The notes: generated from the letters alone by a model not told the origin. 41,590 nucleotides of DNA from a virus (IMGVR_UViG_3300039916_000019:1-41590), one strand, 5' to 3'; counted from the stretch's first letter, positions 26,892 to 36,001 are shown. Made by a program: numbers and translations.

Positions 26892-27473
26892 ATGGAAAAC
26901 GTGAGAGATTTAAATTTGGATAGCTCGAAACGCACAATGCGAGCTCTTTCATACGGAATAAGCACTCCCGACGATCTAATGGAAAAGCTCCGCCTAGATG
27001 CGGCTAAACTTGAAGGTGTCCCCGCCCCCTACGATATTTTTAATTTCATCGTTACAGCCGCAGTCCTTGCTGAATGGGTAGAGCAATATTACTCCGAAAG
27101 CGAGAGGTCGGCACAATTTCGCATAGCCACCAGAAAGCAAAAGTGGGTGATCCCAGAAATATCAGAGGAATGGATTTCCGATTCCTCTTGCATTCCTAAT
27201 ATCCATAGCGGCGTTGATCGCAACATAATTAATTGCCTTTCAATTTGCATCTACACCGCAAATGCAAGCAAGCATTTCCACTGGAGAGATAATGGAGCTA
27301 TTAATTCAATTGGTGAGTCCCCCCCAATCGAAGATGCATATCAGTATTTCTTCACCTCAACAGATCCAGACATATACGTCGAGTTCCATGGAGAGAATTA
27401 TGGAATCAAGCAAATTAGAGGGATATTACTGCAATTTTTTTCAGGCTTAATAGCGCATCTAAAATCCGGATAG
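26892..27473 (+). CDS. hypothetical helical protein, HEPN-like
   Basis: TP.DL.EKL, FNF.VTA..L.EW, ANASKH; low GC. Confidence 0.6.
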   Translation: MENVRDLNLDSSKRTMRALSYGISTPDDLMEKLRLDAAKLEGVPAPYDIFNFIVTAAVLAEWVEQYYSESERSAQFRIATRKQKWVIPEISEEWISDSSCIPNIHSGVDRNIINCLSICIYTANASKHFHWRDNGAINSIGESPPIEDAYQYFFTSTDPDIYVEFHGENYGIKQIRGILLQFFSGLIAHLKSG

Positions 27474-27680
27474 CGTGATCTAATATTTTCCCATCTACGA
27501 ACCATCAGTTGCAAATTTGCATAGCCCAACTAGTGCTTTCAGGTCGCGCCACAATGAAGGAATATTGCTCTAAGGAAGCCAACCGAGTGCGAGTATGAGC
27601 GTTTGACGAGAGTTCTTTCATCATCTATCCGATGACTCTTGATCATCCGGAATGCTTGTACTTCCGGCCTTCCTTTGACG

Positions 27681-28718
27681 TTACGCGCCACTTTCGCGCC
27701 GCATCATCCCGGTATTCGCGCCGATTTGATTCTGCGCACGCGCGGCAAGGTCGAGGTTCTTTTCCAGATAGCCCATCGTGGTGACCGGGCTCTTGTGGCG
27801 CATCACGCGCTGGATCGTCTGCACCGGTACGCCAGCCTCGGACAGCAGCGTGGCGAACGTGCCGCGCAGTCGGTGCGGCGTGATGCCCTTGAGCGAGCAC
27901 GATGAGTTCGCTTTGCGCATGACCTGGCGCGCGAAGCCCGACTGGAACTCTTTGCCATCTTCCCGTACGACTATCAGCCCCTGGGCTTGGCGCAGCGGCT
28001 CAAGGTGTTCGACCAGCCAGGCCGGCATCGGTACCGGCTCGGCCTCCCTGCCCTTCGTAATTCCAGGCGTGTATGTCGCGCGCTGCCAGTCGACCCATTC
28101 CCACCGTGCCGACGCGCATTCGCTCTCGCGCAGGCCCAGGCCAAACATCATGCGTACGGCGGTGGCCACGGCAGGCGTGCGCTTGGCCGCATCGTCGACG
28201 GCATCGAACCAAGCTCGGGCCACATCCAGTGCCAGAGTTGCGCGCGGCCGCTTTTGAACCTTGAGCATCGACACGCGCCACGGCGCCGCCGCCAGCGTGC
28301 CGCGCTTGACCGCCCACATGGTCAGCAGTTTCAGGATGCGCAGCCAGTGGTTCGCGCTGGCCGGCTTGTGGTCCTGCAGATGCAGGTTGCGCGCCAGCTC
28401 GACGTCGGCGGTGGTGATGCTGTCTATCGCCTTGGAGCCCAGGTCATACATGTGCAGGCGCCGGAACGTGTCCACGCTGCGAATGTGGGCAGCGCTGGCC
28501 ACAGGCCGGTGCACCACGATCCATACTTCGATCAGCTGCTCGAGAGTCGGTACCGGCTGGCCGCCGTTGGCGCGCACCACGGCCGCTTCATATTCCTGCT
28601 CGGCCTTCTTCTCGGCGAGCCGCCGGTTTCTCATCCTGGTGCTGCGCTGGACGCGCGCGCCACCGACCTGGAAGCGGTAGTGCCAGATATCGCCCTTCTT
28701 GAAAACGTTCGCGCTCAT
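27681..28718 (-). CDS. tyrosine recombinase (second, non-terminal)
   Basis: arm-binding-like WHYRF...RST; catalytic R (GLRESE), K, HRLR, H (RHKS) and Y (TTMGY) all present. Confidence 0.9.
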   Translation of the reverse strand: MSANVFKKGDIWHYRFQVGGARVQRSTRMRNRRLAEKKAEQEYEAAVVRANGGQPVPTLEQLIEVWIVVHRPVASAAHIRSVDTFRRLHMYDLGSKAIDSITTADVELARNLHLQDHKPASANHWLRILKLLTMWAVKRGTLAAAPWRVSMLKVQKRPRATLALDVARAWFDAVDDAAKRTPAVATAVRMMFGLGLRESECASARWEWVDWQRATYTPGITKGREAEPVPMPAWLVEHLEPLRQAQGLIVVREDGKEFQSGFARQVMRKANSSCSLKGITPHRLRGTFATLLSEAGVPVQTIQRVMRHKSPVTTMGYLEKNLDLAARAQNQIGANTGMMRRESGA

Positions 28719-30070
28719 AAGTGGGCCGCCAATCCGCGGTTGCCGCGCCGCTCGGGTGCCTTCGCCGGCTGCCATCGATGCGTGAGGTTCTCGAAGCGCG
28801 TCTGCTCGCCGACGTAGCCCAGCGCGACACGGCCAGGCGCACCCTGGCGGCACAGGGCCACGTCGACCTCGCACACGCCAATATCTGGGCTGTCTGGGTT
28901 GTACACCTCGTCGCGGTACAGAAAAATCACCGCATCGGCGTCCTGCTCAATTGCGCCAGAGTCGCGCAAGTCTGACGGCATGGGGCGCTTGTTCGGGCGC
29001 TCCTCGAGCTTCCGGTTCAGCTGTGACAGCAGCACGATCGCAATGCCCAGTTCCTTGGCTAGGGCCTTGAGGCCGCGCGTGATCCCCTCGATCTGTGCGT
29101 TTCGGTTGTCGCCGTCGCCGTCCATCAGCTGCAGGTAGTCGACGACCATCACGTCCAGGCCGTGCCGGCGCTTGACGCCCTTGGCCTTCATGCGCACGTC
29201 GAGCAGGCGCAGGCCGCCCTGGTCATCGAGGAACAGGTCCATGTTGGCCAGTTTGAGCGTTGCATGCGTGAGGCCCGTCCAGTCCTGCTCCTGCATGTTC
29301 TGTGGCTCCAGGAGGTGCGGCAGCGGGATCCGGCCCAAGTTCGCCAAATTGCGGTCGTGAAGCTGGGCCTTCGGCATTTCCATCGACAGCACCAGCACGC
29401 TGTGTTCTTCGGCCACATTGCATGCCAAGCACAGCGCGAAGCCAGTCTTGCCCATCTTCGGACGCGCCGCCACGACGATCAGTTCGCCGGCGCGCAGGCC
29501 GCCGCTGAGCTTTTTGTCGACCTCGGGAAATCCTGTCGATATCGCCCGCGTCTGGCCGCTCATCCGTCGTTCAATCTCTTCGACGTGCGCGACCATCTCA
29601 TCGGACGCGCGCACTGGCTCGATGCGCACACGCGCCTGGGCCAGCTGTTCGAGCGCAGACGACGCCTGGTCGACCATCGCGCCCGCTTCTGCCGGCGACG
29701 TAGCCGCCGCCTCAGCCACGTCGCGACCGAACTTGATCAGTCCGCGCTTGATGGCCTTGTCACGCACGATCGTGGCATAACGGCCGATGTTTGCCGCCGA
29801 TGGCGTGGTCTGTGCCATCGAGTTCAGGTATGGCAGGCAGTCGCCCAGCTTGGCGCGCAGCGCGTCGCCTAGCGAGATCACGTCGCAGCTGCGGCCGGCG
29901 GCCAGGTTGCGCATCAGCTCGCCGAAGATCACGGCGTGGTCGGACAGGAAGAAGTGTTCGGCGCGGAGATCACCGAGCCGATCGACCGCATCGTTGTCGC
30001 GCAGCAGTGCGCCGATGACGCTCTGTTCGGCGTCGAGATTGTGCGGTAGCGGTTTGATGTCGTTGCTCAT
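28715..30070 (-). CDS. dnaB: replicative helicase DnaB-like
   Basis: AEQSVIG, ARPKMGKT, VDYLQL, SQLNR, DLRDSGAIEQDAD. Confidence 0.97.
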   Translation of the reverse strand: MSNDIKPLPHNLDAEQSVIGALLRDNDAVDRLGDLRAEHFFLSDHAVIFGELMRNLAAGRSCDVISLGDALRAKLGDCLPYLNSMAQTTPSAANIGRYATIVRDKAIKRGLIKFGRDVAEAAATSPAEAGAMVDQASSALEQLAQARVRIEPVRASDEMVAHVEEIERRMSGQTRAISTGFPEVDKKLSGGLRAGELIVVAARPKMGKTGFALCLACNVAEEHSVLVLSMEMPKAQLHDRNLANLGRIPLPHLLEPQNMQEQDWTGLTHATLKLANMDLFLDDQGGLRLLDVRMKAKGVKRRHGLDVMVVDYLQLMDGDGDNRNAQIEGITRGLKALAKELGIAIVLLSQLNRKLEERPNKRPMPSDLRDSGAIEQDADAVIFLYRDEVYNPDSPDIGVCEVDVALCRQGAPGRVALGYVGEQTRFENLTHRWQPAKAPERRGNRGLAAHL

Positions 30071-30888
30071 GCTGCCTCATTCGATTCGTGAATTTTCTGT
30101 GCGGCCTTGCCCTGCGTGGTCAGGAAATACTGGCCATTCGCGTCAATCGCCCACAGCTTCAGGTAGTTGCCCTCGACGTACTTGCGGAAGGCGCCGCGCC
30201 AGTCCTTGTAGCGCTTGGTGGCGCCCGTGCCGCCGGGCAGGAAGCGGCGTCGGAATTCGACCCAAGCCAGCGCCGTGAAATCCTGCGGCAGTCCAGCCTT
30301 CTCGGCATAGAGCCACAGTGGCGCGTAGTCGCGCAGCGGTCGTTCACCTGCGGCGGCGCAAGCATCGAGAAACGTCTTCAGCACAATCGCCCCGGGCTTC
30401 CGTTCAGTCGGCGCGAGGCCCCCGTCAGGGGGTTTGGGGGTAGTTGTTTGGTTATTGGTTATTGGTTCTTGGTTAGTTTGTGATCCGGCTGGCTGTGGGT
30501 TGCCAGTAACAAGCGGATCGGAACCGGATGGAAACCCGCTGGGTTTATCATCGGTTGCTACAGCTTTCTTTGGGCGTCCACCTTTCTTGCCGTTGGTTTT
30601 CGCAGTCTCGGCCTTCACGTGGTAGTCAGTGATCACCTGGTCACAGATGGCGTGCCGGTAGCCGGAATCAGTTTTCGTGAACTTAAAGCGCAAGTGACGC
30701 TCAACGATACGGCGCTCGTCTTCGCTCTCGGCACCAATCTGCTCACACAGCACGTCGAGGTCGAGCGACAACGGTTCTTCCCGGTCGTAGTAGATGTCCA
30801 GCATGTCGCGGTAAATCCACCGGGCGTGCCGGGTCATATTGACCGTGCCCGAGCGGAAGTCGCCGATGTGGAACGGGTAGTAATTCAT
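30067..30888 (-). CDS. replication initiator (YdaU/DUF1376-like, lambda O analogue)
   Basis: MNYYPFHIGDF N-terminus, NGKKGGRP, low-complexity linker, C-terminal KDW..AFR. Confidence 0.85.
   Translation of the reverse strand: MNYYPFHIGDFRSGTVNMTRHARWIYRDMLDIYYDREEPLSLDLDVLCEQIGAESEDERRIVERHLRFKFTKTDSGYRHAICDQVITDYHVKAETAKTNGKKGGRPKKAVATDDKPSGFPSGSDPLVTGNPQPAGSQTNQEPITNNQTTTPKPPDGGLAPTERKPGAIVLKTFLDACAAAGERPLRDYAPLWLYAEKAGLPQDFTALAWVEFRRRFLPGGTGATKRYKDWRGAFRKYVEGNYLKLWAIDANGQYFLTTQGKAAQKIHESNEAA
30450..30476. repeat. 7-bp tandem repeats (TGGTTAT/TGGTTCT) inside the initiator gene; probable origin region
   Basis: TGGTTAT TGGTTAT TGGTTCT TGGTTA; lambdoid origins lie within the O gene. Confidence 0.5.
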
Positions 30889-30910
30889 GATGTGGCTTTC
30901 CAGGTAATCT

Positions 30911-31318
30911 CTATGCCCACACCGCGTCCGCGCGTGCCGGACCAAACAACGCCGCTACGAGCGGATCGCGCCCACTGAATGCTGGCCAGCTACGCACGAT
31001 CGCCTGGAATGGCACGCTACCGCGCTCCTCGACACGTGGTAACTCTTGGCCAAGTAATATCTTGGGAATCAGGTTGGCGCCGGGTGCGAGGCCATGGTGC
31101 CAGCGATAGCACACACCTTGGCCCACTTCGCTCTTGACGCGCACGCGGTGCACGCGCTGCTCGTTCTCGAGCTCTTCAAGACGACGGCGTATTGTGAAGG
31201 TGGAATATCCAAGCTCAAGCCCAAGTGGATCCACGAGACGTGGCCCAAGCTTGAGGGCTTCCTCGATCGCCGCGGGCAGTTGCGCGATCGGGACTTTGCG
31301 TTTGGAGGGAATAGTCAT
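30911..31318 (-). CDS. hypothetical wHTH-like protein
   Basis: LELGYSTFTIRRRLEELE helix pattern; C-terminal RDPLVAALFG. Confidence 0.6.
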   Translation of the reverse strand: MTIPSKRKVPIAQLPAAIEEALKLGPRLVDPLGLELGYSTFTIRRRLEELENEQRVHRVRVKSEVGQGVCYRWHHGLAPGANLIPKILLGQELPRVEERGSVPFQAIVRSWPAFSGRDPLVAALFGPARADAVWA

Positions 31319-31506
31319 GGCGGCGGCATCACGATTTGCGCAGCGGCCTGTACAGCAATCTCAGCACTGCGCGCGCGCCAGCTGGCCTGCCACCACTGGA
31401 TTGCAGCGGCGCCGTGGTTCATGTCGTGGTCATCGATGCCGAGGCCCTTGTCGACCGCCGCGGCGCCACGGTCCATCATCATTGCTCGGGTGACGATCTG
31501 ATCCAT
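31315..31506 (-). CDS. hypothetical protein
   Basis: 63 aa, translationally coupled on both sides. Confidence 0.6.
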   Translation of the reverse strand: MDQIVTRAMMMDRGAAAVDKGLGIDDHDMNHGAAAIQWWQASWRARSAEIAVQAAAQIVMPPP

Positions 31507-31682
31507 CAGCGCCCTCCCTGCGTGTCAATAGCCTCGCGCAGCTTCTGGCGCGCGTGGTATTCGGCACGGCGCGTGTTGTCGCAGCGGTTAACGGTGGCCT
31601 CCTTGTCGCGCTTGCGCCAGTTCCGCGCTTGGTGTGCGATCTTTTCGTCCGGCGTCGCCTTCCGGTTTTCCTGGTCTTGCAT
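31506..31682 (-). CDS. hypothetical protein
   Basis: MQDQENRK start after an AGGA RBS. Confidence 0.55.
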   Translation of the reverse strand: MQDQENRKATPDEKIAHQARNWRKRDKEATVNRCDNTRRAEYHARQKLREAIDTQGGR

Positions 31683-31741
31683 AGTGTCCTTCCTGTCAGT
31701 CTGATATTGCCCAGGCGTGGGCGCGAGGTTTGAAGTCGCCT

Positions 31742-32023
31742 TTAAAGACGCCGGTGAAAACCGCCCCCTGCGACTGCACGCCCTGGGAATCGCTGCACAT
31801 GGCCATGACGTGGCCATTCACCGCGGCGCCGGACCGGGTTAGGATTCGCTTCCGGTGTCGCTGCCGCTCGGATGTGGGCGAAGGCGACTTGCCGAACAAA
31901 CGGCGCGACGTGCTGCCCGATGCTCGCGCAGAACTGGCGAAGGGCCAGGTCTTCCGTTTCGTTCAGCGGCACCTTCAGCGTGTTCTCGCGCTTTGGGTTC
32001 GGTTTGTGGGTCTGATGGGTCAT
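31742..32023 (-). CDS. CII-position regulator, ribbon-helix-helix-like
   Basis: RENTLKVPLNETE.LAL...A.FVR; follows cro. Confidence 0.55.
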   Translation of the reverse strand: MTHQTHKPNPKRENTLKVPLNETEDLALRQFCASIGQHVAPFVRQVAFAHIRAAATPEANPNPVRRRGEWPRHGHVQRFPGRAVAGGGFHRRL

Positions 32024-32112
32024 GGTTTCTCCTAGTAATGCGGTAGTTCAGGTGAGGTGAATGGCCAGCAAGGTCCCCAGGGCAACTTGTCGGCCACGGA
32101 AAGGCAGCAGGG

Positions 32113-32304
32113 TTACTGCGACTGAGGCGCAGGTGGCGAATCCTGCGGTACAGGTAGCGGGAATACGTCAGGATGAGCGAGACGCACGCGCGGAGGAATT
32201 CCCCTCTCCTTCCAATTCTGGACGCGCTGCACGCTACAGCCGAGACGGGCGGCGATTCTAGTCGCTCCGCCCAAGCTGTCGATGAGGTCTTTATCAGAAG
32301 ACAT
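32113..32304 (-). CDS. cro: Cro-like repressor
   Basis: LIDSLGGATRIAARLGCSVQRVQNWKERGIP HTH, divergent from cI. Confidence 0.88.
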   Translation of the reverse strand: MSSDKDLIDSLGGATRIAARLGCSVQRVQNWKERGIPPRVRLAHPDVFPLPVPQDSPPAPQSQ

Positions 32305-32336
32305 GTGTTTTTTCCGTGCGTGAGTTTCGATGCATC

Positions 32337-32405
32337 ATTAAACACCATGTTTAACTCGGGTGTCAACACTATGTGTAACACACCTTGTTTAGTTCAACCG
32401 ATAAT
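32337..32405. promoter_or_regulatory. OR operators with pR and pRM
   Basis: TTAAACA-CCA-TGTTTAA (32338-54), GTCAACA-CTA-TGTGTAA (32362-78), TAACACA-CCT-TGTTTAG (32376-92); pR TTGACA-18-TTTAAT on the minus strand; GATAAT at 32400-05. Confidence 0.8.
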
Positions 32406-32412
32406 CACGCGC

Positions 32413-33132
32413 ATGCACAAACAAATGGAACGGCTTTACCAAGCCGGGTTGGAATTGAAAGGCATTGGCACTCAGGCCGAGCTGGCGCGCGCCCTGAACC
32501 AGTCGTCGCAAACGGTGAAGAATTGGGAGTCTCGCGGAATTTCGATGGCAGGGATGGTTAAGGCTCAGTCAGCTATAGGCTGCTCGGCAACATGGCTTGA
32601 GTCGGGCGCTGGCCCTATGACACACGACCCCGCGCACAGCACCACTGCGGCTGAGGCAATCGCACTCGTGCCGGGCGCACGACTAGTGCACGCCTCAGGC
32701 CCAGACGATTCGACTATGACGCAGATCAAGAAGGTTCGACTGCGCGTCCAGGCCGGGATAACAGGCTTTCAGGTAGACCCGGAATATCACGATGGCGAAA
32801 CGCAGGGTGTGCCAACGAAATGGGTTCTGCGCGAAGGGTTGCGTCGGGACTCACTGCTGGCGATTGTTGTGCGCGGAGACAGTATGGAGCCTGGTATGCA
32901 CGACGGGGATACCATTGTAGTTAATACAGCCGATAAGACGCTTGTATCTGGGTCAGTTTACGTCGTGAATTATGAAGGCGAGGCTGTTGTAAAGCGTATG
33001 CTGCGCGATGCCGGCCAGTGGTGGCTAACTTCCGATAATTCCGATCAGCGCAAATATCACCGGCAATTATGCAAAGGTGCTGAGTGTATTGTGATCGGAA
33101 AAGTTATCCGCAAAGAAAGCACACACATCTAA
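32413..33132 (+). CDS. cI: CI repressor (HTH plus S24 autopeptidase)
   Basis: TQAELARAL..S.QTV.NWE HTH; AG cleavage site (VQAG), GDSM Ser and VKR Lys. Confidence 0.93.
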   Translation: MHKQMERLYQAGLELKGIGTQAELARALNQSSQTVKNWESRGISMAGMVKAQSAIGCSATWLESGAGPMTHDPAHSTTAAEAIALVPGARLVHASGPDDSTMTQIKKVRLRVQAGITGFQVDPEYHDGETQGVPTKWVLREGLRRDSLLAIVVRGDSMEPGMHDGDTIVVNTADKTLVSGSVYVVNYEGEAVVKRMLRDAGQWWLTSDNSDQRKYHRQLCKGAECIVIGKVIRKESTHI

Positions 33133-33138
33133 ACCGTC

Positions 33139-33567
33139 ATGAATATATTTGAAGGAAGTCGACGTGCTTTATATGCGATAACTGCGCTAACTATCGTTTT
33201 CACGATATGGGTAGCATGGCAGCATGAGCCATATATTGAAGCAGGATTATATCAAGTAGTGTCGTCAGGCAATGCTGTACCTGTAAGCACTTGCCCAAGC
33301 CCGGCCGGGTACAGAGTAAATGCAGGGATTTCCCGTGCGGAAGTCATGCTTACTCTTTGCGGTGACGAGGATTCTAGAGGAGTACGTCTCGAGAAACCTG
33401 AATTAGCTCGCCTGGAAGGGATAGTCGCTTCAGAACGGATTGAAAAATCCAAGGGGTTTGGCTCGCAAGTCGTTGTCACCCTAGTTGGGCTTTGGATGGT
33501 TTCTTGGACTATCGGCTGGATCGCGAGAGGTTTTGCCGGAATTCCGCGCGGTCAAGATAAAAAATAA
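33139..33567 (+). CDS. two-TM membrane protein co-transcribed with cI
   Basis: N- and C-terminal TM helices, loop with two Cys; starts 6 nt after the cI stop. Confidence 0.7.
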   Translation: MNIFEGSRRALYAITALTIVFTIWVAWQHEPYIEAGLYQVVSSGNAVPVSTCPSPAGYRVNAGISRAEVMLTLCGDEDSRGVRLEKPELARLEGIVASERIEKSKGFGSQVVVTLVGLWMVSWTIGWIARGFAGIPRGQDKK

Positions 33568-33588
33568 CCCCCGCTGTGGCGGGGGATT
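33565..33588. terminator. hairpin between convergent genes
   Basis: CCCCCGC-TGTG-GCGGGGG. Confidence 0.6.
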
Positions 33589-33602
33589 GGAATAGATTTT
33601 AT

Positions 33603-34586
33603 TCAGGCGCCGTCAAAGGGCAGGCTTTTTTGTCCATATACCTTCTCTGCAATATATTTTTCATACTCCTCCCTTGATTCTGAGACCATTGCGATACCGG
33701 TGATCTTACCCACCTGCGTACGTAATGCTTTTACCCCAATCTCCGACAAAAATTGATGGATTTTGTCGCCTTTTTCACCATTTGCTTGCTTGCTCGATTT
33801 CGCCAAGCTAAACACCTTACCATTGCTTCGCGCAAGAGGCTTATAGATATGGTCAATCGTAAGATAACGGAATTCCCACGGACGGCCACGTTCTGGCTTG
33901 GTCAAGCCATATAGCCTGTACCACTGTTCGTATAAATCTGGTGAGAACTCTTTTTCGTATTCCCTAGCTTCTTCTGCAACATAAAGTTTGTACGCTGCAA
34001 TAACTTCTTCTTTGGTGCGGTCGTAACCAGCGAGAGCGTATACAAGCCCTTCAATACCTGCTTTAGCAGATGCTCCCAAAATAATACGGGCCTGCTTTAC
34101 AACGCCAAGTTGTCGTTCCGTCAAGTCACCTTCGGCTCGCATAATAGCTTGACAGACGTCAATCAGAATTGTAGCGTCAAATCCATAAATGACTGTTGAA
34201 GGTTGCTGTCCTGCGCCAGCTTTTGCCCACTGAAAAATTAGGGGTTTTTCTAACTTTTCTTTGAGCTCCGCACCAATATGCTTGGACATTCCCTTTGTAG
34301 ATAGGAATCGCGGGAAGGAGCTACTGCGGCTAGATAACCCGAGCACCGTACCCATTCCGATTTGGCTGATTACAGCCGTCTTTTTTTGATCCTGCAACAC
34401 GTAGCACTCGACATCGATACCAAACTCTTCCCTAAAGTTCCCTTTGTGAATCGTTTGTGCCGGCCTAGTCCCCCAGCGTGCAGCCGCAGCCTTTTTAGCG
34501 ATTGCTGATTTCGCGACCGGCGATAATGAGTTAGCACGGGCAATCCCGCCAGCGGCTTTCGATTGGTCCTTCTTCCTGGTCACCAT
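33603..34586 (-). CDS. P63C-domain protein
   Basis: GGIARA.SLS...IAKKAAAARW, ECYVL, W/YEKEF...Y, K.HQFL. Confidence 0.8.
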   Translation of the reverse strand: MVTRKKDQSKAAGGIARANSLSPVAKSAIAKKAAAARWGTRPAQTIHKGNFREEFGIDVECYVLQDQKKTAVISQIGMGTVLGLSSRSSSFPRFLSTKGMSKHIGAELKEKLEKPLIFQWAKAGAGQQPSTVIYGFDATILIDVCQAIMRAEGDLTERQLGVVKQARIILGASAKAGIEGLVYALAGYDRTKEEVIAAYKLYVAEEAREYEKEFSPDLYEQWYRLYGLTKPERGRPWEFRYLTIDHIYKPLARSNGKVFSLAKSSKQANGEKGDKIHQFLSEIGVKALRTQVGKITGIAMVSESREEYEKYIAEKVYGQKSLPFDGA

Positions 34587-34673
34587 GCAAGCATCCCGAT
34601 TAGTTTATGTGCTTGCATCCTAGCACGCTCCAACTGCCATGTGCAAGCATAAATAGCTTTGCTAATGCTTGCA
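34586..34673. promoter_or_regulatory. two TGCAAGCA-N16-TGCTTGCA inverted repeats
   Basis: copies at 34586-34617 and 34642-34673. Confidence 0.7.
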
Positions 34674-34948
34674 TTGTGTCGCTGAGCTGATCGAAATTGG
34701 ATAGACCACGGAACGTGTGTCACTGACGCACTCACTTTACTGAGGTAAGCCTCCATGCGCAGACTCTGATCTAGATCGACAGTCTGGCGCTACCGTAGAA
34801 CATAGCATCCATGCGGGTCTGAGCCCAGTTTGACGCAGTTTGCACGTTACTTGGCGCTGGCCACCAGGACGCGCACGCAGGCCATTTTTCGTCCGTAGCT
34901 CCACCCGGCTGTCCCAAGTAAACCGATACGCACATCTTCAAGCAGATA

Positions 34949-34990
34949 TTAAACATAGTGTTGACTTCTTGAATAAACATGGTGTTTAAT
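34949..34990 (+). promoter_or_regulatory. OL operators and pL
   Basis: TTAAACA-TAG-TGTTGAC (34949-65) and ATAAACA-TGG-TGTTTAA (34973-89) match the OR consensus; TTGACT-18-TTTAAT. Confidence 0.8.
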
Positions 34991-35043
34991 ATCCGAGTCG
35001 CGACCGAACTCAGCACCCGCTAAGTGGCCGACTGGAGACCAGC

Positions 35044-35193
35044 ATGAAGTCATTCCTTATCACTGCCCGTACATCAACCGTATGCATCACCTTCAGTGCG
35101 TTGGCCCGTTCCAGCGCCGAAGCGGCCGAGCTGACGATTGAACTGCTGGGCGATCTTCCGTGCGGCGTCACCGTCGTGGCCGGAGTGCGCTGA
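35044..35193 (+). CDS. small hypothetical protein (49 aa), first pL gene
   Basis: GGAGA RBS, MKSFLITART..., TGATG overlap with the next gene. Confidence 0.6.
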   Translation: MKSFLITARTSTVCITFSALARSSAEAAELTIELLGDLPCGVTVVAGVR

Positions 35194-35396
35194 TGGCCGC
35201 GGCGCGCCAGCTGCAGGACCAACCGGACAGGGCCGCGCTGGAGGTCGCCCACCGGATTCTGCGCACGCCCACCCCGCTTGATGAACTGCTGCAGCACCCC
35301 GCCTTTGAACTGGTGCTGAACACACTGGCGCGTCGGCACATGAAGCGGCGCAGCCAGGTCGACGTGAAAAAGCTGCAAGCCAACGACAACGATTAA
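35193..35396 (+). CDS. hypothetical protein
   Basis: MAAARQLQD...DVKKLQAND. Confidence 0.6.
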   Translation: MAAARQLQDQPDRAALEVAHRILRTPTPLDELLQHPAFELVLNTLARRHMKRRSQVDVKKLQANDND

Positions 35397-35431
35397 CCCG
35401 CCCAACCGGGCACTACCATGAGGAAACGCCA

Positions 35432-36001
35432 ATGTTCACTTCTCTGCATGCGCTCGCAAAACAGGCGACGCTGATGATCACCATAGCCCCCGAGGGCGCC
35501 GACCAGCTGCGCGTCAATGTGACGCCGATGCCGCTCGACAGCAAGGCCAAGGCCGGCATTCCACAGCCGCTGTCACTGGTTGCCACACCGGCCGAGTTCG
35601 ACGCCGACTTCATCACCGCGCTGGGTACCTGGCAGGCGCCGAAGCGCACCCTGGTGCAGCAGGCGCAGGACGCGGCCGGCGGCGCTGCCGCTGCGCCAAC
35701 GAGCGCGGAAGCGCCGAAGTTGCCCGCGCCAAAGGAGAAGCCAAAGGCGGGCCGTAAGGCGAAGAGTGACAAGCCGACGGGCGCCGATGACGCAGACCCA
35801 AGCGGCCAGGCTGCAGCGCCTGGCGCCGATGACGGGGCACCAGGTGGCCAGGCTGGCGTCGCAGGCGACGAAGAAGCAGGTGCCGGCACCGACCAGGTCG
35901 ACACTGCCGCGCCAGCAGCTGACGAAGCGCCGGCCGCGCCGGCACCGGCGACCGCTGCGGTCGAACTGACCGCTGCCGACCTCACCCTCGACCTGTTCTA
36001 A
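35432..36001 (+). CDS. PRTRC system protein E
   Basis: MFTSL..., LRVNVTP, PLSLVATPAEFDADF, Ala/acidic linker, C-terminal LDLF. Confidence 0.85.
   Translation: MFTSLHALAKQATLMITIAPEGADQLRVNVTPMPLDSKAKAGIPQPLSLVATPAEFDADFITALGTWQAPKRTLVQQAQDAAGGAAAAPTSAEAPKLPAPKEKPKAGRKAKSDKPTGADDADPSGQAAAPGADDGAPGGQAGVAGDEEAGAGTDQVDTAAPAADEAPAAPAPATAAVELTAADLTLDLF

Noticed and set aside
32173-32412. N-terminal extension of cI in the ORF track
   Set aside because: Overlaps cro and the operators; the HTH begins after Met at 32413
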